64,000 nucleotides of DNA from Pecten maximus (GCF_902652985.1 NC_047023.1:1674001-1738000), one strand, 5' to 3'; numbered from the stretch's first letter, positions 1 through 11,970 are shown. Notes: generated by a model not told the origin, from the sequence alone. Made by a program: numbers and translations.

Positions 1-1947
1 CTATAAACCTTAATGATGTCTGGGGGATGGTCCCTATACACCTTAATGATGTCTGGGGGATGGTCCCTATACACCTTAATGATGTCTGGGGGATGGTCCC
101 TATAAACCTTAATGATGTCTGGGGGACGGTCCCTATAAACCTTAATGATGTCTGTGGGATGGTCCCTATCAACCTTAATGATGTCTGGGGGACGGTCCCT
201 ATAAACCTTAATGATGTCTGGGGGATGGTCCCTATAAACCTTAATGATGTCTGGGGGACAGTCCCTATAAACCTTAATGATGTCTGGGGGATGGTCCCTA
301 TAAACCTTAATGATGTCTGGGGGACGGTCCCTATAAACCTTAATGATGTCTGGGGGATGGTCCCTATAAACCTTAATGATGTCTGGGGGACGGTCCCTAT
401 ACACCTTAATGATGTCTGGGGGATGGTCCCTATAAACCTTAATGATGTCTGGGGGATGTTCCCTATAAACCTTAATGATGTCTGGGGGACGGTCCCTAAA
501 AACCTTAATGATGTCTGGGGGATGGTCCCTATAAACCTTAATGATGTCTTGGGGGACAGTCCCTATAAACCTTAATGATGTCTGGGGGACGGTCCCTATA
601 AACCTTAATGATGTCTGGGCGACGGTCCCTATAAACCTTAATGATGTCTTGGGGGACAGTCCCTATAAACCTTAATGATGTCTGGGGGATGGTCCCTATA
701 AACCTTGATGATGTCTGGGGGATGGTCCCTATAAACCTTAATGATGTCTGGGGGATGGTCCCTATAAACCTTAATGATGTCTGGGGGATGGTCCCTATAC
801 ACCTTAATGATGTCTGGGGACAGTCCCTATAAACCTTAATGATGTCTGGGGGATGGTCCCTATAAACCTTAATGATGTCTGGGGGATGGTCCCTATAAAC
901 CTTAATGATGTCTGGGGGACAGTCCCTATAAACCTTAATGATGTCTGGGGGATGGTCCCTATAAACCTTAATGATGTCTGGGGGATGGTCCCTATACACC
1001 TTAATGATGTCTGGGGACAGTCCCTATAAACCTTAATGATGTCTGGGGGACGGTCCCTATAAACCTTAATGATGTCTGGGGGATGGTCCCTGTAAACCTT
1101 AATGATGTCTGGGGGACAGTCCCTATAAACCTTAATGATGTCTGGGGATGGTCCCTATAAACCTTAATGATGTCTGGGGGATGGTCCCTATCAACCTTAA
1201 TGATGTCTGGGGATGGTCCCTGTAAACCTTAATGATGTCTGGGGGACGGTCCCTATAAACCTTAATGATGTCTGGGGGATGGTCCCTATAAACCCTAATG
1301 ATGTCTGGGGGACGGTCCCTATAAACCTTAATGATGTCTGGGGGACGGTCCCTATAAACCTTAATGATGTCTGGGGACGGTCCCTATACACCTTAATGAT
1401 GTCTGGGGGATGGTCCCTATAAACCTTAATGATGTCTGGGGGACGGTCCCTATAAACCTTAATGATGTCTGGGGACGGTCCCTATACACCTTAATGATGT
1501 CTAGGGGATGGTCCCTATAAACCTTAATGATGTCTGGGGGATGGTCCCTGTAAACCTTAATGATGTCTGGGGGATGGTCCCTATCAACCTTAATGATGTC
1601 TGGGGGACGGTCCCTATAAACCTTAATGATGTCTGGGGGACGGTCCCTATACACCTTAATGATGTCTGGGGGATGGTCCCTATAAACCTTAATGATGTCT
1701 GGGGGATGGTCCCTATATACCTTAATGATGTCTTGGGGGATGGTCCCTATATACCTTACTGATGTCTGGGGGATGGTCCCTATATACCTTACTGATGTCT
1801 GGGGGATGGTCCCTATATACCTTAATGATTTCTGGGGGATGGTCCCTATAAACCTTAATGATGTCTGGGGGATGGTCCCTATAAACCTTAATGATGTCTG
1901 GGGGATGGTCCCTATCAACCTTAATGATGTCTGGGGGATGGTCCCTA
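1..1947. repeat. 33-bp minisatellite (ctataaaccttaatgatgtctgggggatggtcc)n in an ACSBG intron; runs off the window start
   Basis: The unit is directly visible, and the spurious ORFs (MVPINLNDVWG)n show an 11-codon period. The array ends ~20 bp from the splice donor at 1967. Confidence 0.97.
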
Positions 1948-1967
1948 CATGTTCCCATGGTACCTAC

Positions 1968-2169
1968 AGTGTAAACATTCTCCTTGGCTTCCTTCAGCTC
2001 CCCTGTATACTGAACAATGGCCTTGAGGTGTGGAAGGTCATCCCAGATCTTAATGATTTTCTGTAGCTGTACATCGTTCTCCACTACGGCAACGTTGGTC
2101 CGAGAATCTGACAAGATAAACTTGCAGGCTTCTGGTGTGTTGGTTGTGTAGACTCCAGTAGCCAGACCT
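1968..2169 (-). CDS. ACSBG2: ACSBG-like long-chain acyl-CoA synthetase, coding exon 6 (GLATGVYTTNTPEACKFILSDSRTNVAVVENDVQLQKI...AIVQY...NVYT)
   Basis: ttttcag acceptor and gtaggt donor. The G-x-Y-T-T-N, VVEN and LKAIVQY motifs are typical of bubblegum-family enzymes, and the phase matches the previous exon. Paralog assignment (ACSBG1 vs 2) is nominal. Confidence 0.92.
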
Positions 2170-2329
2170 CTGAAAAAAACAAGCAGATTTTACAATGAAT
2201 TCTATTGTTTAATACACGTAGTAGAATGTTAAACTTAATAACAATAATTGAAAAAATAATTAAAAAATTACAAATATTTGTACACTCATACTACCCATCA
2301 AGCACCAGCATATAATATTTTTGTCTTAC

Positions 2330-2418
2330 CCTGCAAATATGGCGCCCAAGTCTGCTATGGCCCACTCCGGTGAATTGAATCCTAAAATACTAACAGCATT
2401 GTAGGGTTCTAAACCAAG
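2330..2418 (-). CDS. ACSBG2: ACSBG-like coding exon 5 (LGLEPYNAVSILGFNSPEWAIADLGAIFAG)
   Basis: tttttcag acceptor and gtaaga donor. GFNSPEW is a bubblegum hallmark, and phases 0/2 fit the neighbouring exons. Confidence 0.93.
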
Positions 2419-2737
2419 CTGAAAAATACACAAATTAACAATTTTTATGCCAAATATTAAATTTCATCCTATTGTCGTTTTTTATTGTTTCTCTAACATG
2501 TCATGCTCGATTTCAGAGTCAGACTGTGATAAATCAATCTGAACCACATACATGCAGGTAACAGATGCTGTGTATCAACAATCAGAATTAGCCTAATTTT
2601 TTTTTTACATATTGCGAGGTTGAATGTAAGCTATGTGTGTGGAGTTTTAATGTACTAAAATGAGACCTCTACTGAAATCTACCTAGAATCTAACTCATGG
2701 TATTCCTGGATAATGTCACTAACTTCTGACTATACAT

Positions 2738-2958
2738 TGTTTGTTTGTTTTTGTTTAACGTCCTATTTACAGCCAGGGTCATTTATAAGGACGTACCAGG
2801 TTTTGGAGATGGAGGAAAGCCGGAGTACCCAGAGAAAAAACCACCGGCCTACAGTCAGTACCTGGCAACTGCCCCACGTAGGTTTTCGAACTCGCAACCC
2901 AGAGGTGGAGGACTAGTGATAAAGTGTCGGTACACCTTAACCACTCGGCAACCGCGGC
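2738..2958 (-). mobile_element. tRNA-derived SINE (Meta-like), copy 1
   Basis: Minus strand starts GGCCGCGGTTGCCGAGTGGTTAAGG (A box), has a GAGTTCGAAA B-box-like motif and a GGGTACTCCGGCTTTCCTCC body, and ends in an (AAAC)n tail. A second copy lies at 7375-7592. Confidence 0.85.
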
Positions 2959-3037
2959 CAAACAATAAACCATACAATAAAATACTGAAGCAACATGTGA
3001 ACAACATGAGGACGTTACGACCTTGAGACTGACCAAC

Positions 3038-3123
3038 CTTTATGAAAGCCTTGGCTGCCTTCCGAACGTCATCATAGTATTGTTGATAGGTCCACTTCTT
3101 CCAGTCTCCGTCCCGCTTGACCG
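3038..3123 (-). CDS. ACSBG2: ACSBG-like coding exon 4 (AVKRDGDWKKWTYQQYYDDVRKAAKAFIK)
   Basis: catcag acceptor and gttggt donor. W..Y..YY...RKAAK..IK is typical of ACSBG. Confidence 0.92.
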
Positions 3124-3826
3124 CTGATGACACACAATAATGACACACATAATCAATTCATCCTTAACAAGAATGATACCATTTTTTTATCTTTTTGGAT
3201 TTAGAGACTTTTCAGGTTTGGAGAAGCTCATATCTATAATTTGCCTCTTTTATTATTTTACTATTTATAAAAGAAATTCTGAAGAAGGCTTCCAGACTCG
3301 CTTTTCCCAATCATTTTCATTTTCATAGATATCAACTGATAGCCAACATACTTGGGGAAGTTGCGACAGAAAAGAAAGATAAATGGAATATAAAAAGAAT
3401 TACGCATAATTATATGTGTCGCCTGTCCCAGTTTGTCATGGGTACTCCAGGATATATTTGAAGAGACTACCATGAAATTCTTTGATTTTTTTCTTAGTCA
3501 AGAAATTTAAAATTTTTACCCAAAAAATACAAAATTTGAAAAAGAAATGCTAGTAAAAACTGTAATGCATTCAGCTATACATCCCATAATACACCTAAGA
3601 CCTAAGTTTGATTGCTCTAGCTTTTATAGTTTGTCAAAAACAGCCTAATATGCAAGAGCTAAATGCAAAACCTTAGGATATAACATTGTGGATGCAGCTA
3701 TTGCCAAACAAATATCTATTTAACTGTATTCATATCTGATTAAACATGTACTACCAGCTATAAGGCTTAATACGGAAACAATTTCCCAAAGAAAACTCAG
3801 AGGAAAACGTGAATGTTTAAACCTAC

Positions 3827-3989
3827 CAACAGCCAAACCGTTCGGGAGTTTCTTTCGCTGTCTTGTCGAACACAGAGACGATTGTAACTGGTTCATCTGA
3901 CTGTGGAGGTTTACTCCCCATTCTCAGTTTCACAGGGGAAGACGGGTCACTTGTCCAAAGGGTATCCGCCGAGAGACAATCATCAATTA
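3827..3989 (-). CDS. ACSBG2: ACSBG-like coding exon 3 (IDDCLSADTLWTSDPSSPVKLRM...PVTIVSVFDKTA...); contains an apparent +1 nt error or uses an alternative donor at 3830
   Basis: WT....VKLRM and P.T...VF motifs of the ACSBG N-terminus. With the strong donor the exon is 163 nt, which is one base out of phase (see findings). Confidence 0.8.
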
Positions 3990-4200
3990 CTGTATGTAAA
4001 TAATTAATACAATCATCAATTACTGTATGTAAATAATTAATACAATCATCAATTACTGTATGTTAATAACTAATACAATCATCAATTACTGTATGTAAAT
4101 AATTAATACAATCATCAATTACTGTATGTAAATAATTAATACAATTAATACAATCATCAATTACTGTATGTAAATAATTAATACAATCATCAATTACTGT
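3977..4200. repeat. 33-bp tandem repeat that duplicates the ACSBG exon-3 splice acceptor, about 7 copies
   Basis: Unit caatcatcaattactgtatgtaaataattaata. On the minus strand it reads ...tacatacag|taattgatgattg. Confidence 0.93.
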
Positions 4201-4244
4201 TTCATTAATAATGTTGATGAACATGTTTGCTTATCACACATGTG

Positions 4245-5220
4245 TAGCATGTCATCAATATCTGTGTATGGAGTAATGACATATCTCTAACTGTGGGTAG
4301 TATGTCATCAATACCTGTGTATGGAGTAATGATATATCCTGGACTGAGGGTAGTATGTCATCAATACATGTGTATGGAGTAATGACATATGATGAACAGT
4401 AGGTGGTATGTCATCAATATCTGTGTATGGAGTAATGACATTTCCTGAACAGTGGATAGTATGTCATCAATATCTGTGTATGGAGTAATGACATATCCTG
4501 AACATTGGGTAATATGTCATCAATATCTGTGTATGGAGTAATGACATATCCTGGACTGTGTGTAGTATGTCATCAATATCTGTGTATGGAGTAATGACAT
4601 ATCCTGAACATTGGGTAATATGTCATCAATACCTGTGTATGGAGTAATGACATATCCTGAACTGTGGGTAATATGTCATCAATACCTGTGTGTGGAGTAA
4701 TGATATATCCTGAACTGTGGGTAATATGTCATCAATACCTGTGTATGGAGTAATGACATATCTCTAACTGTGTGTAGTATGTCATCAATATCTGTGTATG
4801 GAGTAATGACATATCCTGAACATTGGGTACTTTGTCATCAATACCTGTGTATGGAGTAATGACATATCCTGAACTGTGGGTAGTATGTCATCAATATCTG
4901 TGTATGGAGTAATGACATATCTCTAACTGTGGGTAATATGTCATCAATATCTGTGTATGGAGTAATGACATATCCTGAACTGTGGGTAGTATGTCATCAA
5001 TATCTGTGTATGGAGTAATGGCATATCCTGAACATTGGGTAATATGTCATCAATACCTGTGTATTGAGTAATGACATATCCTTTACTGTGGGTAGTATGT
5101 CATCAAAATCTGTGTATGGAGTAATGAAATCTCCTGAACTGTGGGTAGTATTATGTCATCAATATCTGTGTATGGACATATCCTGAATTGTGGGTGGAAT
5201 GTCATCAATATCTGTGTATG
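4245..5220. repeat. 53-bp minisatellite with an internal inverted repeat (tatgtcat...atgacata)
   Basis: Unit tatgtcatcaatatctgtgtatggagtaatgacatatcctgaactgtgggtag, with period 53 (starts at 4301 and 4354). Confidence 0.95.
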
Positions 5221-5263
5221 TTTTAACCATATTTCATGGCAAACAAATTCTACTAAAACATAC

Positions 5264-5397
5264 ATCTTTGTTTCCCTTCATCATCCTTATTCTCAGCTTT
5301 GTTATTATTAGCTGAACTGTTTCCACCATCTTGTTTCTGCTCCGAGTTATTATTGACTGGGCTGTCACTTCCGTTTGGAGTGGTATCTTGGCCATCT
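5264..5397 (-). CDS. ACSBG2: ACSBG-like coding exon 2, low-complexity N-terminal extension (DGQDTTPNGSDSPVNNNSEQKQ...DDEGKQR)
   Basis: tttacag acceptor, gtatgt donor and an open frame. Phase 2 in and phase 1 out join exon 1 (11971) and exon 3 exactly. Confidence 0.75.
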
Positions 5398-6374
5398 CTG
5401 TAAATATGTATGTAGAATGAGAGTTAAGTTAGACAAAACTGTAAATATACCACAGTTAATAATATTGGTAAAGTTTACATTGACATTTAAAACTAATAAC
5501 TGTTTGTAAAATGTTTTCTATGATGGAAATGGCACTAAGAGCAGAGTAAAATCTAACTAGGTCAAATGAGCAGAAAATGTAGGTCACAGTAACCTAACTT
5601 TAACACAGTGGTTTATACAACTGAACTTGAAATCACAAAAGGACTATAGCATCACAGAAATGGAGAGTAAAAAACACAAACGTTTACCATGATATAGGTA
5701 TAGACAGACAGAAATGATGTATGATGGACAAATGTAGGTCACAGTAACCTATGTATGATAGACAAATGGACGATAACCAAAATTTTCAGTCTAAAGGTTT
5801 TGCCCTAAATGAAGTTTAATTTTCCCTTCAAAGTATAATGAAAATTCTGCATTCTTCACAATTCAACTTCACATCACCTATGTCATAATATACTCAATAT
5901 AAATCTCATTACATATACATTTTTGATACCTACAACTACTGGGTATACAGCCTCTCAGTTACCTTGATGTAGGTCACGTACAAAGACACACTAAATTTTT
6001 GTTGATTGTCCGGTAACAGGATATAGGGTATAAATCACCTTAACGACAGTCAGAAAACTGTTAGTATACCTCAGAAGAGTTCCTTAAGAGATGTGACTAG
6101 AATATACTACATCTGCTCCCTATATATTTATGTGATCCTATGTAATTTACCTGTATCTTGAAAAAGGGGCAGATTGCCTCGAAAATTCGACAATTAACTT
6201 GTCTGTACTGTCGTTATAACTGCTTGACATATATATGTATATTTATTTTTCTCGGTACAATTACGACAGGAAATTCAAATCGATATCTTCGGATCACCAA
6301 CACAGAGTGTATATGATACATTGTGCTAATAAATAGATATATAGCTTAGAAACACAAATGACGAAGGAAGACAA

Positions 6375-6480
6375 CTTTTTGACTCGTGCCCTGACCGGGC
6401 CTCAAACTCATGATCTACGGCACCCAATCGCCTAGCCAGAAATATCCGCAGCCTATACCGCTGTGCCACATCGGCTTTCT
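6375..6480 (-). mobile_element. degenerate tRNA-derived SINE head or tRNA-like relic
   Basis: Minus strand reads GCCGATGTGGCACAGCGGTATAGG...GAGTTTGAGGCCCGGTCAGGGCA, resembling A and B boxes. No intact cloverleaf is evident. Confidence 0.45.
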
Positions 6481-6651
6481 TAAAAAAGAACGTTTCAATG
6501 GCACAGAGATGGTCGGCCCGATACCCTGACATGATCATTGTGGAAGTCGTCTATAAGATGATATATGTACAATTCGTATCCATGTATGTAAAAACATTGC
6601 GATCCAGGTATTCTATATCATCTTATAGACAAGCTATATTTATATATAATG

Positions 6652-6773
6652 ATAATAATAAAAAACATAAACCAGAAAATCACAAGCGCTTTCACATGCT
6701 TTGAGAGCAAGCTCTTCAGGTGTAAAGCATGTGAAAGTGCATGTGATTTTCTAGTTTGTGTTTTTTATTATTA
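6652..6773. repeat. inverted repeat with ~50-bp arms, overlapping a hammerhead-like motif
   Basis: ataataataaaaaacataaaccagaaaatcacaagcgctttcacatgcttt pairs with aaagcatgtgaaagtgcatgtgattttctagtttgtgttttttattattat. Confidence 0.85.
6681..6722 (-). ncRNA. putative minimal type-I hammerhead ribozyme (Penelope-like), slightly degenerate
   Basis: Minus strand reads CAC-CUGAAGA-GCUUGCU(CUCAA)AGCAUGU-GAAA-GCGC-UU-GUG. Both core boxes are present, with a pairable stem II, a palindromic mini stem III and a 3-bp stem I. Confidence 0.5.
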
Positions 6774-7374
6774 TTACTATGTATATCCATCACAAGGACA
6801 TTATTAACTTTTAATTATATATATATGTATTTGGTAGTATAATCACAGCTATATAGCTGCGACTGCACTCTTGCAGGTTCCAGTCAGGAGTGCCGGATGG
6901 CGGGATTACAGAGAGAGTTACAGGTCGGTTGAAGGGGTTGCTGGGTAAAGTCCGTGGTAAGTTGTACTGTCCGTTTGTCTCTGGTCAAGTCTGAGAAACA
7001 CTCACATGACCACATACTTTCACTCACACACACACGACATATACCACTCATGTGACCACACTCTTTCACACATACACACGACATAACACTCATGTGACCA
7101 CACTCTTTCACACACACCCACACAATGATACCCATGATCACACTACACGTACATATATAATATGTACATACCTGGTCTACATACATTTCCTGACTTTGGT
7201 GTCGGAACCATGCAGACATTCATTAAGTAAATCGAACAAAACATTTCAACAATTTTGCAGACTGCTGCATATCACATTATTTTCTTTAAATGACATGTTT
7301 AGAAAAGAAAACTTTTTATTGAATTTGATACAATGAACCGGCAGTGGTTTAACAAGTTAACTTATACAGGGACA

Positions 7375-7592
7375 GTTTGTTTGTTTTTGTTTAATGTCCT
7401 ATTTCAAAACAGCAAGGGTCATTAAGGGACATGCCAGATTTTGGAGGTTGAACCTGTAGAAAAACCCCGGCCTACTGTCAGTACACTATGTACCTGGCAA
7501 CTGCCCCACGTAGGTTTCGAACTCGTGACCCAAAGGTGGAGGGCTAGTGGTAAAGTGTCGGGACACCTTAACCACTCGGCCACCGCGGCCCC
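7375..7592 (-). mobile_element. tRNA-derived SINE, copy 2 of the 2738-2958 family
   Basis: Shares ccttaaccactcggccaccgcggcc, tacctggcaactgccccacgtaggtttcgaactcg and the gtttgtttg tail with copy 1. Confidence 0.85.
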
Positions 7593-7844
7593 TTATACTG
7601 GGATAGGCACAGGACAATAAACTCTACAAAGCAGTTATACTTACCTGAGCCAGGTAAGCGTGAAATTAAAGTGTCAGTTTCCCTGTACCTGTATATTTTA
7701 AAAAGTATACAATGCCTTCCTATATTTACCCTGTTACCTGTATATGGAACACACACCCTTACCTGTAGATTCTATATTTACACTGTTACCTGTATAAAAC
7801 ACACACCCATACCAGTAGATTCTATATTTACACTGTTACCTTTA

Positions 7845-8418
7845 AGAGGGGGAGAGAAGGGAGGAGGGAGAGAGGTGTTGAGGGAAGGAGGGGGAGAAAA
7901 GAGGGGAGGGAGTAGGGAGGGAGGAGGGGAGGGAGGAGGGGAGGGAGGAGGGGAGGGAGAGAGGGACGGAGGGGGAATGGGGAGGGAGAGAGGAGGAGAG
8001 AGGAGGGAGAGAGGACGGAGAGAGGAAGGAGAGAGGAGGGAGAGTGGAAGGAGAAAGGAGGGAGGGGAGGGAGAAGAGGGAGAGAGCAGGGAGAGAGCAG
8101 GGAGAGCAGGGAGAGCAGGGAGAGGGGAGAAAGAAGGGGAGGGAGGGAGGGAAGAGGGGAGGGAGAGAGGAGGAGAAAGGAGGGGAGGGAAGAGGGAGAG
8201 AGCTTGGGAGGGAGGAGGGGAGAGAGGTGGGGAGGGAGGGGGAGAAAGCAGGGGAGGGAGGGGAGAAAGGAGGATAGGGAGAGAGGGGAGAGAAGGGAAG
8301 GGAGGAGGGAGAAAGGAGGGGAGGGAGAAGGGAGAAAGGAGGGGAGAGAGAAGGGAGGGAGAGAGGAAAAGAGGAAGGAGGAAATAAGGGAGGGGACTGG
8401 GAGAGAAAGAAGGAGATA
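7845..8418. repeat. polypurine (G/A) low-complexity tract, with G-quadruplex/triplex potential
   Basis: About 570 bp composed almost entirely of G and A on the plus strand, with many GGG runs. Confidence 0.9.
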
Positions 8419-10116
8419 AATAAAGGATTAATATTTCTCAGGGTATAATATCAATACAATGTTATGATTAAAGTTTGATTGTCAAAAAACAAATCCTGGC
8501 ATTGTAACATCACAATCATGTCATCTTTAATTCAATATTAACTTAGTGTTTCTATATTACATAGGTTACATTTCTAGGTTATATATCTCCAAATATTGAC
8601 ATTCAAGACACCATGAAGACAAAGCCTATGAAAATTGCACCCTATCTACCAGTAGTAGTTCTTACTGATAATAATAGATACTTATGTATGTTATTATCTA
8701 AACTTTGTTCTGTACTGCCGAGATCAACATTATCATTAATATTTTCCAATCCTGCTGAAGATTTTTTTTGTTAATTTTCAGTTAAGCTGCCTAAGTTTGA
8801 CATGATTATAAATTAAACCTTAAATATAACACCATGACCAAGGTGAAATTGATGTTTAGCGATCTATATATAGAATCAGGCGTGTCAGTATTTATAAATA
8901 AACCTTCAAAGATCACAAAGTCAGCATAGGAAACAACACTAACGGTGGGACCTGGCATGCTGCCCATCGACTGACAATGATACAGACATTCATTTTCAAA
9001 TACATGCACATTGACAATCAAAACAGGAGAATAATATAAAATATCAGTTGTGTAGGTACATACATTAAACATCTTTAAGTATATCTGCATATTGAAATAC
9101 CAGATTTTCATATGATAAGAAAATTCTAATCTTTACATGACGATAGTGTTATCTTAGATTTTTTGCAAAATCTTTCCAGATCACTTGCACACCAACTGGC
9201 TTGGACTATTTTAGTATGCAAGAAAGGTGTATATCTGCACACAAGCTTGCTAAATGCTTTCATGAGAGTCAGGCCAGATCTGGATTATATTTCAACTAAT
9301 GTATATATACATGTAAACATAATATCACAACCTCTAACTACAAGCATAAAAAGCAATAGTCTTAAATGTATTGATGTCCAGTTAAGGCTCTCGAATTCCT
9401 TTTCCAGACTCTCAACTTCACGGTCCATTTCCTAGGTGACAAACATTTTTGTGCTTTCCGTAAGTTTTCCTTGTCATGCCTATTATATGGTACCATTCAG
9501 ACAGCAGTTTTTTCCTTTCTCAATTTTATAATAGAAGCATTTCTACCAAAGCTTATACTTTAGGCTATATATCAGCTTTCATCATTATTTCAGCATTACA
9601 CAATTACGATACTGATCTCAAGGTCACAAGGACACTGAGAGGAGAAAATATAATAGCATGCTACTTCTCTCCATGCACAAGGGACACAAATGTCTAACAA
9701 GCATATAGGGCATTGCTAAAACAATACCACATGTCCCCAAACGGTCCCCAAATAAAGACAGAAGCAGTGACCTTGACCTTGACCCAAAAATCCTCAAACT
9801 CAAACCTGTTGGAGATATAATGGTCCTTTTTTTTTGGTCCGTGTGAAGTTACATCAAAATCGTCGAAGAATGAAGCTGCTCGAGCGCAGAGAAACTTCGG
9901 CAGTACATACATATACATACAAGACAGACATATAAGTACAAGATGTATGGAAAGGAAACCTTATTTTTAAATGGATAGTAAAAAATGACAGGGGGTTCAA
10001 CTATTACCTTTGTACATTGATCCAATGTGGTGTCAGAGTGTATGTGTGACTCGGAACTGAAGGGAGTAACGGCTGTGCCTGATGTGGATAATACGGCAGT
10101 GTCCATGATTAATGGA

Positions 10117-10301
10117 AAAATGGAAAATGACTGAGAGAAAAGGACTCTGCCATGGTCCGTATTGTGAGGGGACCATATTGGTCCACTGAATATAATAGCA
10201 ATAGTAACAAAACCGTTTACGTTTTATTCAGTGGACCAATACAGTACTCTCACAATACGGACCACGGCAGAGTCCTTTCTCTCAGTCATTTTTCCATTTT
10301 T
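10117..10301. mobile_element. palindromic MITE-like element with ~75-bp arms
   Basis: aaaaatggaaaatgactgagagaaaaggactctgccatggtccgtattgtgag...ggtccactgaata pairs with tattcagtggacc...ctcacaatacggaccacggcagagtcctttctctcagtcatttttccattttt. Confidence 0.8.
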
Positions 10302-10309
10302 GAATTTTA

Positions 10310-10573
10310 CATTGACCCCAGTTTCACCAGTAGGGGACTAATAAAGATCGCAGAGGGTCATAACACATCTGAGGGAACATGCGTGCGACTTGCATGCGTG
10401 TGGTGAGTACGTATGTGTGTTTTGGGAGGCTGCGGTATGTTCGTGTTAAGTCTCCTTGTGATAGGCCGGAACCTTTGCCGATTTATAGTGCTACCTCACT
10501 GAAGCATACTGCCGGAGATAACCAGCAGGACACCTCACCCGGTCACATTATACTGACAACGGGCAAACCAGTC
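10310..10573 (+). mobile_element. SINE body fragment (molluscan SINE-like)
   Basis: Contains ...tagtgctacctcactgaagcata...ccggtcacattatactgacaacggg..., which I recognise as a recurrent molluscan SINE 3' segment. No tRNA head is seen. Confidence 0.5.
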
Positions 10574-10575
10574 AG

Positions 10576-10677
10576 CATTGTACCTGCTGCCCCCATTGTA
10601 TCTGCTGCCCCCATTGTACCTGCTGCCCCCATTGTACCTGTACCTGCTGCCCCCATTGTACCTGCTGCCCCCATTGC
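10576..10677. repeat. 18-bp tandem repeat (cattgtacctgctgcccc)n
   Basis: About five copies are directly visible. Confidence 0.9.
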
Positions 10678-11970
10678 ATGATTTTAACAGGAATCTAGAT
10701 TTCAGATCTTATCTTTTTTTTTTTTTTTTTTTGAGCAACTTTCTTCTTAATGTCTACTGTGTTCACTGCAGCCTTCCTTTTGGCCATGAGTTGAGCGTTC
10801 ACCCTAGTGAAGAAGGTTTTGAGTTCTGCCGTCTGACCAAACAATACCAGGGTATATCCCAAGTAATCTTTGCTTTCACAATTGAGTATCTTTATTAGTC
10901 CTATGCAAGACTGATTTGTTCTGTACTTTCTCCCTCTTTCCTCTTTTCCTCGTAAATTACTCATTTGATGACAAAGAAAATCTTTCATGAAATCTTAGAA
11001 AGACCTCAGAAGAACTTAATGAGAAATAGCCATAAAAAAATTTAATTTTCAAAATCCAAAATGGCTGCCTGTCTGCCATTTTTAACCTATCAGACTCAAA
11101 GTTGAATAGGTCCAAGTTCTTCTCAAGAAATTGTTATAACAACTTAAACTGTCAAAATTCAAGATGGTTGCATATTAATCCCTCTAGTACACTGTACTAC
11201 ATGTACCTGTCAGCCATTTTGTTGAACTCAAAATTGAATGGGCACAACTAGAAACCAAGGGGAACGGACATTTTGAGTTTGAGAAAAAACTTTCTAGTAC
11301 CGTAAAAACCTGTGTAATTTGCACAGGTACTTTTTGGGGCGGAAAATGCTGGAAAAAACTTCTATATTTTGCCCATGAAAAATTTTGACCGAAAACAATG
11401 TCCAGGAGGTCTTGATATTGATGTATGAAAATGACACTATATAATATATAAACACAGATTAGCACAAAATTTTGCTTCTACTTAATACTTCACGATTAAA
11501 ATTATTTGATCATTTTGTGTTTGCAATGAGGAAATTGCAAAATTACGTCTTATTTTCTTTAAATCAACCATAAGAGGGAAAGCTACAGTAACCGCCATGC
11601 ACACGGCATCATAAATATAAACATTTATCAGCTCAAGCTCGCATAAACTTTCAAAGAAAAGTAAAATTAAGTAATTATTTTTATATATATCATGATAAAT
11701 ATGTATAATTGATTAGCCAAATAAAGCTAATACAGTAACTGACTACAGAAATGTCAGCTTGGATAATGTGGGTGTTATGCTTCCCTCAGAACTGCTGCTG
11801 TACAGTGTTATAAGGTAGGCCTACTGCCAGATTTATTGTGAAATACTTATAATGAAACAGTGATTGTTGATGGACGGACAATGGACGACAGATGTAGAGT
11901 GATTTGAAGCCATATCTGATGACAGTGGACAAGAAATCCATAAAACATGACGGGTAAAAAAGCAACTCAC

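Noticed and set aside
27-2066. ORFs encoding (MVPINLNDVWG)n and related peptides
   Set aside because: These are translations of a 33-bp intronic minisatellite that is open on both strands. Only 1968-2114 of the minus-strand ORF is real exon.
7671-8419. G/E/R-rich ORFs
   Set aside because: Artefact of the polypurine tract, which lacks stop codons because it lacks T.
9849-10106. MDTAVLSTSG... as an alternative first ACSBG exon (donor AAG|gtaata near 10007)
   Set aside because: Its donor is phase 0 in this frame while the exon at 5397 needs phase 2, and there is no homology support. It cannot be fully excluded without RNA data.
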